64,000 nt of DNA, from positions 71,239-135,238 of the forward strand of contig CAWALO010000015.1 in NCBI GenBank assembly GCA_963782945.1. Reading direction: 5' to 3'. Each line of letters opens with the position of its first letter. The first letter of the stretch is position 1. The DNA comes from an uncultured Bacteroidales bacterium. GTDB taxonomy: Bacteria; Bacteroidota; Bacteroidia; Bacteroidales; VadinHA17. Shown one piece after another: positions 38,098 through 48,226 of this stretch. Position numbers and translations under genes: made by a program. The notes under the pieces were generated by a model. The model was given only the letters and a program-made list of their open reading frames with translations. It had not been told where the DNA came from and ran no database searches.

Positions 38098-39447
38098 ATG
38101 AATATCACAAGAGAAAACATCGACGATCTGAATACAGTATTAAAGGTTGAAATCAAAAAACCGGATTATGAGGAAAAGGTTGAAAATGTATTGAAGGACT
38201 ACAGGAAAAAAGCAAATATCAAAGGATTCCGCCCTGGCATGGTACCAATCGGCCTTGTGAAAAAAATGTACGGTAAAGCTGTACAGATTGATGAGATCAA
38301 CAAAATTGTCACAGAAAACATACAGAAATATATTGCAGACGAAAAACTTGAAATACTTGGCGATCCGATTCCAAGGCTCGATGAGCAGGAGCATATCGAT
38401 TTTGACACACAGGAAGAATTCACCTTTTCTTTCGAACTTGGACTAACACCCGTCATTGACCTGAAACTTAATAAAAAGAACAAGGTAACCCATTATGAAA
38501 TAATCGTCGACGAAAAGATGAAGAACGATTATCTTGAAAATTACAAACGACGGTTTGGAGAATTAAAGAGTGCCGAAATCACAGAAGAAAAAGATGTGCT
38601 GAAAGGCAAGCTGGAAGCTATTGATAATAGTGGAATGCCAATTCCTGAAGGGCCTGCCGTTGACTCTACTTCACTTAGTGTTGATATCATAAAGGATAAT
38701 AAAATCAGGAAACAGTTTATCGGAATAAGCCTGAATGACATCATCGATTTTGACCTTAGAAAAGCATATCCCAATGATTCGGAAATTGCAGGGCTCCTTC
38801 AGAAGAAAAAGGAAGATGTGGCTGGACTTGAAGGCAATTTCAGGTTTACAGTAAATGAAATCAGCCGCTTCCATCCTGCTGAATTAGGCCCGGAACTCTA
38901 TTCCAGGATTTATGGTGAGGGAGTAGTTACCTCTGAAGAGGAATTCAGGAACAAAATCGAACAGGAGATATCTTCAAGCCTTAAAAAGGAAAGTGATTAT
39001 AAGCTGATGCTTGACATCAAAGCTCATACACTGGAAAAAGCAGATTTCCCGCTTCCTGAAGAGTTCCTTAAAAAATGGCTTCTTAGAGTGAATGAGAATA
39101 CAACAAATGAGCAAATAGAAAAAGAATTCGATAATTTCAGAAAAGACCTCAGATGGCAGTTGATCAGGAATAAAATTGCACGGGAAAATGAAATAAAAAT
39201 AACCGAGGAAGAACTACTTCAGGAAGCTGCCAATATTACCCGGCATCAGTTCCAGCAATACGGATTATTTTATGCCACCGATGAGCAGATCAACAATTAT
39301 GCAAAGGAGACCCTAAAACGAGAGGAGGATGCAAAGAGAATAGCAGACAAGATACTTGAAGAAAAGGCAATCGAGATCATAAAAGATCTGCTTAAGCTCG
39401 AAAACAAAAGCATCTCCATCGAAGAATTCAATAAGCTTTTTGAATAG
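38098..39447 (+). CDS. tig: Trigger factor
   Basis: MNITRENIDDLNTVLKVEIKKPDYEEKV...FRPGMVP is a typical Bacteroidota trigger-factor N-terminus. The track start at 38032 lies inside the tRNA. Confidence 0.9.
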   Translation: MNITRENIDDLNTVLKVEIKKPDYEEKVENVLKDYRKKANIKGFRPGMVPIGLVKKMYGKAVQIDEINKIVTENIQKYIADEKLEILGDPIPRLDEQEHIDFDTQEEFTFSFELGLTPVIDLKLNKKNKVTHYEIIVDEKMKNDYLENYKRRFGELKSAEITEEKDVLKGKLEAIDNSGMPIPEGPAVDSTSLSVDIIKDNKIRKQFIGISLNDIIDFDLRKAYPNDSEIAGLLQKKKEDVAGLEGNFRFTVNEISRFHPAELGPELYSRIYGEGVVTSEEEFRNKIEQEISSSLKKESDYKLMLDIKAHTLEKADFPLPEEFLKKWLLRVNENTTNEQIEKEFDNFRKDLRWQLIRNKIARENEIKITEEELLQEAANITRHQFQQYGLFYATDEQINNYAKETLKREEDAKRIADKILEEKAIEIIKDLLKLENKSISIEEFNKLFE

Positions 39448-39481
39448 TAATCAAGGCTTTCGCAGAAATATTTTATTTAAT

Positions 39482-39489
39482 TATCTTTG
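39482..39489 (+). promoter_or_regulatory. -7 promoter box TATCTTTG upstream of clpP
   Basis: Exact TAnnTTTG match 27 nt upstream of the clpP ATG. Confidence 0.35.
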
Positions 39490-39515
39490 TAAGTTAATTT
39501 TTAAATACTGAAAAT

Positions 39516-40193
39516 ATGAATATCCTTGAAGATTTTGGGAAATTTGCCAGAAGCAAGCGCGGGGTTAGCAGCCTGAGCCTGCACAAGTTTTCATCAATAT
39601 ACGGAAGTTATATATCACCAACAATTATTGAAGAGAGACAACTGAACGTTGCATCAATGGACGTTTTTTCACGTCTGATGATGGACAGGATAATCTTCCT
39701 CGGTTTACCTATTGATGACTATGTCGCAAATATCATCCAGGCACAGCTCCTCTATCTCGATTCATCCGATCCCGGAAAAGATATCCAGATATATTTCAAC
39801 ACACCCGGAGGATCAGTGAATGCAGGATTGGGTATATATGACACAATGCAATATATATCAGCTGATATCGCTACAATATGTACAGGAATGGCAGCTTCAA
39901 TGGGTGCAGTTCTCCTCACTGCCGGAAAGAAAGGTAAAAGATCGGCCCTGAAACATTCCAGGATAATGATCCACCAGCCAATGGGAGGTGTTGAAGGACC
40001 AGCTTCAGACATTGAGATCACCGTCCGTGAAATAGTGAAACTCAAAAAAGAACTTTATGAAATAATAGCACTTCATTCAGGTAATACTGTTGAAAAAGTC
40101 GAAAAAGATTCTGACAGGGATTACTGGATGACTTCACAGGAGGCGAAAGAGTACGGTATGATAGACGAGATTCTCCAGAAAACACAAAAATAG
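39516..40193 (+). CDS. clpP: ATP-dependent Clp protease proteolytic subunit
   Basis: Contains TICTGMAASMGA (catalytic Ser) and IMIHQP (His). Confidence 0.95.
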   Translation: MNILEDFGKFARSKRGVSSLSLHKFSSIYGSYISPTIIEERQLNVASMDVFSRLMMDRIIFLGLPIDDYVANIIQAQLLYLDSSDPGKDIQIYFNTPGGSVNAGLGIYDTMQYISADIATICTGMAASMGAVLLTAGKKGKRSALKHSRIMIHQPMGGVEGPASDIEITVREIVKLKKELYEIIALHSGNTVEKVEKDSDRDYWMTSQEAKEYGMIDEILQKTQK

Positions 40194-40199
40194 TGTATT

Positions 40200-41414
40200 A
40201 TGGATAAGTGTTCATTTTGCGGCAGAACAAAAAAAGAGGCCAATATGCTTATTGCAGGCCTCGAAGGATTTATCTGCGATCACTGTATCGAACAGGCTCA
40301 CAGCATAATGAACGAGGAACTCGGGAATAAGAAAAATGTTAAGTTCGACACAATAAACCTTCTTAAGCCAACCGAGATAAAGAATTTTCTCGACCAGTAT
40401 GTCATTGGCCAGGAAATGGCAAAAAAGATCATCTCCGTAGCAGTCTATAACCATTACAAAAGGCTGATGCAAAAGCCTGATCCCGAGGACATTGAAATAG
40501 AGAAATCAAATATTATCCTTGTAGGGGAAACAGGAACAGGTAAGACTCTTCTTGCACGAACTGTAGCTAAAATGCTTCATGTCCCATTCACAATTGTCGA
40601 TGCGACCGTACTTACCGAAGCGGGGTACGTGGGTGAAGATATTGAGAGCCTCCTCACAAGACTGCTGCAGAATGCGGATTATGATGTTAAGGCTGCAGAG
40701 AAAGGAATCGTATTTATCGACGAGATCGACAAAATTGCCAGGAAAGGAGATAATCCTTCAATTACCCGTGACGTATCCGGTGAGGGAGTTCAGCAGGGCC
40801 TTCTTAAACTGCTGGAAGGCTCAATTGTCAATGTGCCACCACAGGGAGGACGGAAACATCCCGAACAGAAAATGATCCCTGTCGATACAAAAAATATACT
40901 TTTTATCTGCGGAGGAGCATTCGAAGGGATTGATAAGAAAATAGCTCAAAGACTTAATACGCAGATAGTCGGCTTCGGAGCTTCAAAAATCAGGGAAAAG
41001 GTCGATAAGGATAACCTTCTTCAATATATAGCTCCCCAGGATCTACGGGCCTACGGACTGATCCCCGAGATCATCGGCAGGCTGCCTGTACTCTCGCATC
41101 TCAATCCGCTCGACAGGGATGCCCTGAGAGCAATCCTGACAGAACCTAAAAATGCACTGGTAAAACAGTATATCAAGCTTTTCAGGATGGATAATATAGA
41201 ACTTACCTTTACTGAAGAAGTTCTGGAATATATTGTTGACAAGGCAATTGAATTCAAGCTTGGTGCACGGGGTTTAAGGTCCATCTGCGAGGCAATAATG
41301 CTCGATGCAATGTTCGAAATGCCTTCAGTTGAAACCAATGAACTGGAAATTACTGTCGACTATGCAAGCCATAAACTGGAACGGATTAACCTTAAGGTTC
41401 TGAAGGCATCATAA
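40200..41414 (+). CDS. clpX: ATP-dependent Clp protease ATP-binding subunit ClpX
   Basis: N-terminal zinc ribbon CSFCGR...CDHC, Walker [10 protein letters not shown] and Walker B VFIDEIDK. Confidence 0.95.
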   Translation: MDKCSFCGRTKKEANMLIAGLEGFICDHCIEQAHSIMNEELGNKKNVKFDTINLLKPTEIKNFLDQYVIGQEMAKKIISVAVYNHYKRLMQKPDPEDIEIEKSNIILVGETGTGKTLLARTVAKMLHVPFTIVDATVLTEAGYVGEDIESLLTRLLQNADYDVKAAEKGIVFIDEIDKIARKGDNPSITRDVSGEGVQQGLLKLLEGSIVNVPPQGGRKHPEQKMIPVDTKNILFICGGAFEGIDKKIAQRLNTQIVGFGASKIREKVDKDNLLQYIAPQDLRAYGLIPEIIGRLPVLSHLNPLDRDALRAILTEPKNALVKQYIKLFRMDNIELTFTEEVLEYIVDKAIEFKLGARGLRSICEAIMLDAMFEMPSVETNELEITVDYASHKLERINLKVLKAS

Positions 41415-41426
41415 AATTTTTGCGGC

Positions 41427-41457
41427 GCGATGAATCGCATCGCTCTTTCATTTTTTT
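41427..41457 (+). terminator. Candidate terminator after clpX (hairpin plus T-run). The T-run overlaps the 3' end of the convergent folA.
   Basis: GCGATG-aatcg-CATCGC followed by tctttcattttttt. Confidence 0.45.
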
Positions 41458-41936
41458 CTTACGTATATTGTATATGTATACGGGATCTTCTCATCCCCTG
41501 ATCCCGGAAATTCCTCTCTTTCCACCACCTCCCAGATCTTAAGGTCAATCTCCGGGAAGTAAACATCGGCAGGCGCTTTGAGATGAACATGAGTAATATA
41601 GAGTTTGTCAGCCAATGGCATGAACTGCCTGTAGATGCTTCCTCCTCCAATAATAAATATCTCTTTATCTTTATCGCATTTGCTTAGTGCATCCTCTATT
41701 GAATATGCTGTGAACGAGCCTTCTATTCTCTCATGAGGAATATCTGTAAGAACAATATTTTTACGATCCGGCAGCGGTCTTCGTGGAAGAGATTCCCAGG
41801 TCTTCTTCCCCATTATGATTGCATTGCCTGTTGTGAGTCTCTTAAATCTCTTCAGATCTTCAGGCAAGCGCCACAGAAGCTCATTGTCCTTACCTATGCC
41901 CCAATCCTCCGATACTGCTACAATAATTGAAATCAT
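41448..41936 (-). CDS. folA: Dihydrofolate reductase
   Basis: 162 aa. Contains ISIIVAVSEDWGIGKDNELLW, LTTGNAIIMGKKTWESL and FIIGGGSIY. Confidence 0.9.
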   Translation of the reverse strand: MISIIVAVSEDWGIGKDNELLWRLPEDLKRFKRLTTGNAIIMGKKTWESLPRRPLPDRKNIVLTDIPHERIEGSFTAYSIEDALSKCDKDKEIFIIGGGSIYRQFMPLADKLYITHVHLKAPADVYFPEIDLKIWEVVEREEFPGSGDEKIPYTYTIYVRKK

Positions 41937-41961
41937 AATTTCTTATTATTTATTTTTACAT

Positions 41962-42058
41962 CCCCCCTGATTTCGCTAAAGCTTCAGCAGGCAAAGCTGG
42001 CCCCCTTCAAAGGGGGAATCAAGAACATTTCTCAGTGTCTCTCTGTGCATCCTCTGTG
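41962..42058. repeat. Composite repeat block in the thyA-folA spacer: C6, an internal hairpin, C5-ttcaaa-G5, then three CTCNGTG heptamers
   Basis: C6 at 41962-41967. CCCCC ttcaaa GGGGG at 42001-42016. CTCAGTG at 42031, CTCTGTG at 42041 and CTCTGTG at 42052. A pyrimidine tract at 42059-42094 is the complement of GGAGAA-rich purines. Confidence 0.6.
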
Positions 42059-42094
42059 TTTTATTCTTCTACTTTCGCCTTTCTCCTTTTTCCT

Positions 42095-42889
42095 CTAAAC
42101 CGAAATATCTCCTTTAATATTCGGATGCGCCACATAATTTGTCAGCGTAAAATCCTCATACCTGAAATTGAGGATATCATTTACAGCCGGATTAATAACC
42201 ATCTCAGGCAGCTTATAAGGTTCTCTTGACAGCTGAAGCTTAACCTGTTCAATGTGATTCAGATAAATATGTGCATCTCCCAGTGTGTGCACGAAATCTC
42301 CGGGCTTCAGCCCTGTAACCTGTGCAACCATATGTGTAAGAATCGCATAGGAGGCAATATTGAAAGGTACTCCAAGAAAGATATCAGCACTGCGCTGATA
42401 CATCTGGCATGATAATCTCCCATTTGCCACATAGAACTGGAACATTATATGGCATGGAGGCAGGGCCATCTTATCCAGTTCTCCCACGTTCCATGCGCTT
42501 ACTATGTGGCGGCGGGAGTCGGGTGAGTTTTTAATTGAGCTTATAACATTCAGAAGCTGGTCAATCTTTCTGCTTCCGTCAGCCGGCCATGATCGCCACT
42601 GGTATCCATAGACAGGACCAAGGTCTCCGTTTTCATCAGCCCATTCATCCCAGATCTTTACTCCATTATCATTGAGGTATCCTGTATTTGTATCTCCGGA
42701 GATAAACCACAGTAATTCATGAATTATTGATTTAAGGTGTAGTTTCTTCGTAGTAAGCACCGGAAAGCCTTCGTCAAGACTGAACCTCATCTGATAACCA
42801 AAGACGCTTATTGTACCAGTACCTGTCCTGTCTGATTTTTCAGTGCCGTTTTTCAGTACATGATCAAGAAGCTCCAGATATTGCTTCAT
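42095..42889 (-). CDS. thyA: Thymidylate synthase
   Basis: From [12 protein letters not shown] the length is 264 aa. Contains DRTGTGT and the active site PPCH. The track start at 42937 would overlap the GH97 gene. Confidence 0.95.
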   Translation of the reverse strand: MKQYLELLDHVLKNGTEKSDRTGTGTISVFGYQMRFSLDEGFPVLTTKKLHLKSIIHELLWFISGDTNTGYLNDNGVKIWDEWADENGDLGPVYGYQWRSWPADGSRKIDQLLNVISSIKNSPDSRRHIVSAWNVGELDKMALPPCHIMFQFYVANGRLSCQMYQRSADIFLGVPFNIASYAILTHMVAQVTGLKPGDFVHTLGDAHIYLNHIEQVKLQLSREPYKLPEMVINPAVNDILNFRYEDFTLTNYVAHPNIKGDISV

Positions 42890-42909
42890 AAAAGTCAGAT
42901 ATTCTTTTT

Positions 42910-44856
42910 CTAAATTGGTACTATTCTTGCTGCCCATCCGCCACCGGGAGCAAGATGGATCTTCATTCTTTCTCCCGATTTTACATTTACTTTGAAATGC
43001 TTATAATCACTGGCATACCTGTCGGCATTAATTCCATCCTGAAATATCTCCATACTATATTGTCCGACCGGCAGGAAGGACAAATCCAGATCCATATCAC
43101 GGCTGGTCCAGTCTGTCAGTGCCCCTACGAACCATTCTTTTCCCGAACGCCTGGCAAGTAGCAGATAATCTCCTACTTTTGCATCGAAAACTTTTAAATC
43201 GTCCCAAACGACTGGAATATTAACTATGAAATTGGTTGACTCCTGCTCTTTCATATAGTTTGAAGGGCAGTCTGACAGCATCTGCAAAGGACTCTCATAA
43301 ATTACATACAAGGCAATCTGGTGAGCGCGGGTTCCCTGGCTCTCAGGACGGGTAAACTTAGGTGTAAAATTTGTGCTGTCCATGTTTACCATTGCACCGG
43401 GAGTATAATCCATCGGACCTGCCACCATTCTTGTAAAGGGGAGGGTTACATCATGGTCAGGATTAATATCCCTGCTCCACTTATTATTCTCCATTCCCTT
43501 AACACCTTCCCTTGTAATAGCATTTGGCCAGGTACGCCCTGTACCGTCAGGTTTGTAGGCTCCATGGAAATCAATAAGTAGATGATGATCGGCAGTTTTC
43601 TTTATCGCTTCAAGATAAAAATTCACAACTTTCTGATCATCACGCTGCATAAAATCAACCTTCACTCCCTTTACTCCCCATTTTTCATAAAGAGCCACTG
43701 CCTCATCAATATCGTCCCAGAAAGATTTCCATACTACCCACAGTATTACTCCTACATTTTTGCCGGCCGCATATTTACATAGTTCCTCAACATCAATGCC
43801 GGGGACCTCTTCAAGGACATGTCCCAGGTTGTACCATCCCTCATCAAGAATGATATATTCAATCCCGTTTTTTGAGGCAAAATCGATATAATATTTATAG
43901 GTATCGTTATTTATACCTGACCTGAAATCTACTCCATATATGTTATTCGCATTCCACCAGTCCCAGGCTACCTTTCCGGGCTTTATCCATTTTGTATCAG
44001 CAATCCTGCATGGAGCTGCAAGTTTATAGACCAGGTCACTCTCAATCAGTCCGGCATCATTTTTTGATATTACAAATACTCTCCAGGGGAATAATCTTGT
44101 TCCACTAGTTTTTGCAATATAGTTTTCGGTACTGGTGACATACAGGTTCCGGTCGGATTCAAGCTTTTCACTTTTTGGATATTGGGGCCACCGGCCCGAG
44201 ATATTTCCGGATCCTTCGCCACGGATCCACATCCCCGGGTAATCTTCAATATCTGATTCCGTAACAAGTACGTTTACCCCGTTTGCCTGGAAAAGAGTTG
44301 GCAGGCTTGCAAGGTGTTTTTCACCAATTGTATCGAGGGAAGAATAGATAAACGTCCTTTCATTATGAGACATAAAACTTGTTTCAAGGGGATACCATGA
44401 ATGAGAACCTGCCGGAAATGCAAGTTCGGAAATTTCATTGGTGACTGTTATATCACCTTTAATAAAGGTCCCAAACCTGTAAGCTACTCCATCATTATAT
44501 GCTCTGAATTCAACAGAATAACCCGACTTGAAATATATTTTAAGGATATTGCAATTATCCGTAATCTCAGACCGTTTGTATGGAACAACAGGGGAACTGA
44601 CCTCATGCATCTGACTGACAGAGGCCCGTGCCACTTTTTCATTTCCGCCAAGTATCCTGCCATCAGCAAGAACCATTGCAATCTTTGCAGAAGTAAGTAT
44701 CTCCTTACCTTCATATGTGGCGGACCACTTCAATTCATTTCCTGCTGCAACAGTGATCCCGGCTTTACCATCGGGTGAGTTTACCTTGTAATCTCTTGAA
44801 TATGTGTGACTTGCTGTCAATACAAACAGAATAACCAGAAAAAAACTTCTTGTCAT
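42910..44856 (-). CDS. GH97 family alpha-glucosidase (SusB-like)
   Basis: 648 aa with a signal peptide. The N-terminal beta-sandwich pattern (YKVNSPDGK...) and central TIM-barrel segments ([22 protein letters not shown]) are typical of GH97. Family call is from memory. Confidence 0.85.
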   Translation of the reverse strand: MTRSFFLVILFVLTASHTYSRDYKVNSPDGKAGITVAAGNELKWSATYEGKEILTSAKIAMVLADGRILGGNEKVARASVSQMHEVSSPVVPYKRSEITDNCNILKIYFKSGYSVEFRAYNDGVAYRFGTFIKGDITVTNEISELAFPAGSHSWYPLETSFMSHNERTFIYSSLDTIGEKHLASLPTLFQANGVNVLVTESDIEDYPGMWIRGEGSGNISGRWPQYPKSEKLESDRNLYVTSTENYIAKTSGTRLFPWRVFVISKNDAGLIESDLVYKLAAPCRIADTKWIKPGKVAWDWWNANNIYGVDFRSGINNDTYKYYIDFASKNGIEYIILDEGWYNLGHVLEEVPGIDVEELCKYAAGKNVGVILWVVWKSFWDDIDEAVALYEKWGVKGVKVDFMQRDDQKVVNFYLEAIKKTADHHLLIDFHGAYKPDGTGRTWPNAITREGVKGMENNKWSRDINPDHDVTLPFTRMVAGPMDYTPGAMVNMDSTNFTPKFTRPESQGTRAHQIALYVIYESPLQMLSDCPSNYMKEQESTNFIVNIPVVWDDLKVFDAKVGDYLLLARRSGKEWFVGALTDWTSRDMDLDLSFLPVGQYSMEIFQDGINADRYASDYKHFKVNVKSGERMKIHLAPGGGWAARIVPI

Positions 44857-44903
44857 AATAAAAATTATTTATAATTTATTGATTCCAAATTATGCAGGAG
44901 GCA

Positions 44904-45500
44904 TCAGCCCTTCTTCTTATTTCTCTTTTCAATCTCATCCCTGATAGAAGCAGCTCTTTCATAATCTTCTGTCTTTACTGCCTCATCTATCATTTTATAA
45001 AGTTCCTCATCCGAGTAAGATCCGTATTTGGCATGTTCGGTTTCAAATATCGTGTCAGTATCACTGGTGGCAGTTACTTCTCCGTCAGAAGGACTTATAG
45101 TTATTCCTGCTTTCTCAAGGATCTCCTCGGTAATATATATCGGACAACCAAAGCGCAGAGCAATTGCAACAGCATCAGAGGTCCTGCTGTCGATAGAATA
45201 AGTTTTTTCTTTGTTGCTGCAAACCAGCTTTGAGAAGAATACTCCCTCTTCAAGCTTGTAAATCATCACCTCTGTAATGGAAATATTGAACTCATCTGCA
45301 AATTTTTTGAAAAGATCATGAGTCAATGGGCGGGGCGGATCGAGGTTTTCAAGCTTGATAACAATTGCCTGAGCTTCAAATCCTCCGATAATTATAGGAA
45401 TCCTTCTCTCTCCGTTTTCTTCAAGCAGAATCAAAGCATAAGCGCCAGACTGAGTCTGACTGTAGGATATCCCCATCACCTTAAGCTTAACTCTCTTCAT
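44904..45500 (-). CDS. Bifunctional nuclease family protein (DUF151) with a C-terminal UVR motif
   Basis: Contains YALILLEENGERRIPIIIGGFEAQAI and RPLTHDL. C-terminal helix is DEAVKTEDYERAASIRDEI. Confidence 0.8.
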   Translation of the reverse strand: MKRVKLKVMGISYSQTQSGAYALILLEENGERRIPIIIGGFEAQAIVIKLENLDPPRPLTHDLFKKFADEFNISITEVMIYKLEEGVFFSKLVCSNKEKTYSIDSRTSDAVAIALRFGCPIYITEEILEKAGITISPSDGEVTATSDTDTIFETEHAKYGSYSDEELYKMIDEAVKTEDYERAASIRDEIEKRNKKKG

Positions 45501-45710
45501 AACAATGATTTATGCATCAAGGAAAATCTCATTAATTAAATGCATCTGACAAATATAAAGATAATCGAAGTAAGACTATGGTTACTGGATTCTTTTTTTT
45601 CAACACCATTAAAACAAAAACTTCATTCAATCTTTATTTTTAAAATTGATAATCAAATCTTCACCCTGTTACAATGATTTGTCTTCCTGATAAAAAAATT
45701 ATACTATTGA

Positions 45711-45740
45711 TTTGTAAATAATCTAATTTGTATATCTTTG
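45711..45740 (+). promoter_or_regulatory. Promoter for rplU-rpmA (-33 TTTG, -7 TATCTTTG)
   Basis: TTTG at 45711-45714, 18 nt of spacer, then TATCTTTG at 45733-45740. This leaves a leader of about 85 nt before the ATG at 45834. Confidence 0.45.
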
Positions 45741-45833
45741 CAGTCCGAATTTAGATAAATCCGCAGGGGCAATTGAAGTTACATGATCAAAGGATCGGGT
45801 ACGCCTCACGGAAAAACGAAAAAAAATAAGAAA

Positions 45834-46349
45834 ATGTACGCAATCGTAGAAATTGCAGGTCAGCAGTTTAAGGTAGAAGCAGGAAAGAAGATCTTTGTTC
45901 ACCGGCTGGAAGCTGAAGAAGGAAAAAAGGTAGAATTTGATCAGGTACTTTTAATTGAGGAAGAAGGGAAGATCACCATTGGAGAACCAACTATTAATGA
46001 AGCAGTTGTGGAAGGCATGGTTCTTGATCATATGAGGGGCGACAAGGTAATCGTGTTCAAAAAGAAGAGAAAGAAGGGCTACAGGATTAAAAACGGACAC
46101 AGGCAGAACTTCACCCAGGTAGAAATATTAAGCATAAACGGCAAAGCTTCATTGAAAAAAGCAACCACCAGGAAAGAAGTGGCAGCAGTTTCTGAGGCAG
46201 CCGATATTGAAGAGCCTGCAAAAGTGAAGAAAGCTGCAGCTAAAAAATCTGACGGAACAAAAGAAAAAGCCGTGGCAAAGAAAGCTGTTGAAAAGAAACC
46301 GGCTGAAAAGAAACCTGCAGCAAAAAAAGCTTCAAAAACAAAAGAATAA
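45834..46349 (+). CDS. rplU: 50S ribosomal protein L21 with a Lys/Ala/Glu-rich C-terminal extension
   Basis: MYAIVEIAGQQFKV is the canonical L21 start. The tail is KKAAAKKSDGTKEKAVAKKAVEKKPAEKKPAAKKASKTKE. Confidence 0.9.
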   Translation: MYAIVEIAGQQFKVEAGKKIFVHRLEAEEGKKVEFDQVLLIEEEGKITIGEPTINEAVVEGMVLDHMRGDKVIVFKKKRKKGYRIKNGHRQNFTQVEILSINGKASLKKATTRKEVAAVSEAADIEEPAKVKKAAAKKSDGTKEKAVAKKAVEKKPAEKKPAAKKASKTKE

Positions 46350-46385
46350 TAAAACAGAAGTCTAAGCAATTAAAAAGATAATATT

Positions 46386-46643
46386 ATGGCACACAAGAAA
46401 GGGGCAGGCAGTTCACGCAACGGTCGCGATTCTCAGAGTAAAAGACTGGGTGTGAAGCTGTTTGGCGGTCAGATAGCCAAAGCTGGCAACATCATTGTTC
46501 GCCAGAGAGGTACCAAACATAATCCGGGACTTAATGTTGGCCTTGGAAAAGATCACACTCTTTTTGCACTCATCGACGGAGAGATTGAGTTTAAAAGAAA
46601 AGGTGATAATAAAACCTATGTTTCAGTTAAGGAAGTGAAATAA
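46386..46643 (+). CDS. rpmA: 50S ribosomal protein L27
   Basis: [24 protein letters not shown] is canonical L27. Confidence 0.95.
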   Translation: MAHKKGAGSSRNGRDSQSKRLGVKLFGGQIAKAGNIIVRQRGTKHNPGLNVGLGKDHTLFALIDGEIEFKRKGDNKTYVSVKEVK

Positions 46644-46736
46644 TAACCTTATCTCTGAAATCCCATATTAATTCGTAAATAAGCAGATTCATACCCTCAC
46701 CGGTCACTGAAAAACCCTGCATAATAAAAAATCGTG

Positions 46737-46790
46737 CTCCCGAAATTCTTTTCTGAACTTGGAAAGAATTGTCGGGAGTTTTTAATATTT
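46737..46790 (+). terminator. Strong intrinsic terminator of rplU-rpmA
   Basis: The stem is CTCCCGA/TCGGGAG plus AATTCTTT/AAAGAATT, about 15 bp with one bulge. The loop is tctgaacttgg, followed by TTTTTAATATTTTT. Confidence 0.75.
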
Positions 46791-46835
46791 TTACCACTGG
46801 CTTTACAGCCTTTTTTTATTAATACCTGACTGAAT

Positions 46836-48110
46836 ATGTTAACGATTAATCTGATCCGGGAAAAGAAAGAATTTGTTATTGAACGGCTTAAAGTAAAGAA
46901 CTTCAAAGCTGAAGAAATTATTAACAGAATTATTGCACTTGATACTTCACGCCGTGAAATCCAGACCAGGACGGACCTTATGCTGAGTGAGATGAACCGT
47001 ATTTCAAAAGAGATAGGAGTCCTTATGAAAAACGGAAAGAAAGATGAAGCTGAAGCTGCAAAGGAAAAGACCTATGCCCTTAAGGAAGAAATCAAATCAC
47101 TTTCAGATAAGCTTATACCAATTGATAATGAACTGAAAACCGAAATAGTCAGTCTTCCCAATCTCCCGCACGAATCTGTTGCACCCGGACAGAGTCCGGA
47201 TGATAACGTCAAGGTAAAAGAAGGCGGAGTTATGCCTCTTATTTCTGAGAATGCACTGCCTCACTGGGAACTGATCAAAAAATATGACATCATTGATTTT
47301 GACCTCGGGATAAAACTTACCGGAGCCGGATTTCCTGTGTATCTGGGGAAAGGAGCAAAACTTGAAAGATCGCTTATCAACTTCTTTCTCGATGAAGGAG
47401 CCAAAGCGGGATACAGGGAGGTGATGCCGCCTATAATGGTTAACGAAGATTCCGGATTCGGAACAGGCCAGTTGCCTGACAAGGAAGGGCAGATGTACCA
47501 TGCAACGCTTGACAATTTCTATATGATCCCTACAGCAGAGGTACCTGTAACCAATATCTACAGAGATGTAATACTGAATGCTGATATTCTTCCTGTCAGA
47601 AATATTGCATATACACCATGCTTCAGAAGAGAGGCAGGGTCATGGGGAGCACACGTAAGGGGACTTAACCGCCTCCATCAGTTTGACAAGGTTGAAATTG
47701 TCCAGATTGCACATCCTGATCATTCATATGAATCTCTTGAACAGATGGTTAATCATGTGGAAAGCCTGATCAAAAAACTTGAGTTGCCGTATCGGATTCT
47801 GAGACTATGCGGAGGCGATATGTCATTTACATCTTCGCTGACATACGATTTTGAAGTATGGTCAGCCGCACAGAAACGCTGGCTGGAGGTAAGCTCAGTA
47901 TCAAACTTTGAATCATTTCAGGCTAACAGGCTGAAATGCAGATTCAAGGATAAAGGGGATAAACAGACCCGTCTGGCTCATACACTTAATGGAAGTGCTC
48001 TCGCCCTGCCCAGGATAGTAGCTGCAATCCTTGAAAACAATCAGACTGATTCAGGTATAAAGGTGCCGAAAGTACTGGTTCCATATACCGGATTTGAAAT
48101 GATTGACTGA
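46836..48110 (+). CDS. serS: Seryl-tRNA synthetase
   Basis: 424 aa with an N-terminal coiled-coil arm and class II motifs (FRREAGS, GSALALPR). Confidence 0.95.
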   Translation: MLTINLIREKKEFVIERLKVKNFKAEEIINRIIALDTSRREIQTRTDLMLSEMNRISKEIGVLMKNGKKDEAEAAKEKTYALKEEIKSLSDKLIPIDNELKTEIVSLPNLPHESVAPGQSPDDNVKVKEGGVMPLISENALPHWELIKKYDIIDFDLGIKLTGAGFPVYLGKGAKLERSLINFFLDEGAKAGYREVMPPIMVNEDSGFGTGQLPDKEGQMYHATLDNFYMIPTAEVPVTNIYRDVILNADILPVRNIAYTPCFRREAGSWGAHVRGLNRLHQFDKVEIVQIAHPDHSYESLEQMVNHVESLIKKLELPYRILRLCGGDMSFTSSLTYDFEVWSAAQKRWLEVSSVSNFESFQANRLKCRFKDKGDKQTRLAHTLNGSALALPRIVAAILENNQTDSGIKVPKVLVPYTGFEMID

Positions 48111-48139
48111 AGATAATAATCCCTTCTATGAGAGCTTTA

Positions 48140-48216
48140 CCCCCCCATCCCCCCAAGGGGGGGCTAAATTATGCTTCATAATTGCTTTTATACCCCTCTT
48201 CAGGGGGGCAGGGGGG
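48140..48216. repeat. 77-nt nested inverted-repeat element built from C and G homopolymer runs
   Basis: The order is C7 at C6 aa G7, then ctaa ATTATG ctt CATAAT tgcttttata, then C4 tcttca G6 ca G6. The outer C-runs complement the outer G-runs, the inner G7 complements C4, and the centre is a 6-bp palindrome. It ends 10 nt before the next gene's ATG. Confidence 0.65.
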
Positions 48217-48226
48217 CAATAAAAAT

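Noticed and set aside
42890-42937. N-terminal extension of thyA to 42937
   Set aside because: It would overlap the 3' end of the GH97 gene by 28 nt. Canonical ThyA (264 aa) begins at MKQYLELL (42889).
45783-45833. N-terminal extension of rplU (MIKGSGTPHGKTKKNKK)
   Set aside because: L21 proteins start MYAI(V/I)E. The extension lies in the predicted 5' leader downstream of the promoter at 45711-45740.
45741-45833. Structured ribosomal-protein leader upstream of rplU
   Set aside because: The leader length (about 85-90 nt) is suggestive, but I could not find convincing conserved helices by eye. It would need covariance analysis.
48182-48226. N-terminal extension of the EamA transporter ORF (LLYPSSGGQGGNKN)
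   Set aside because: It uses a non-ATG start and translates the G-run half of the intergenic repeat element. The hydrophobic transporter sequence begins after the ATG at 48227.
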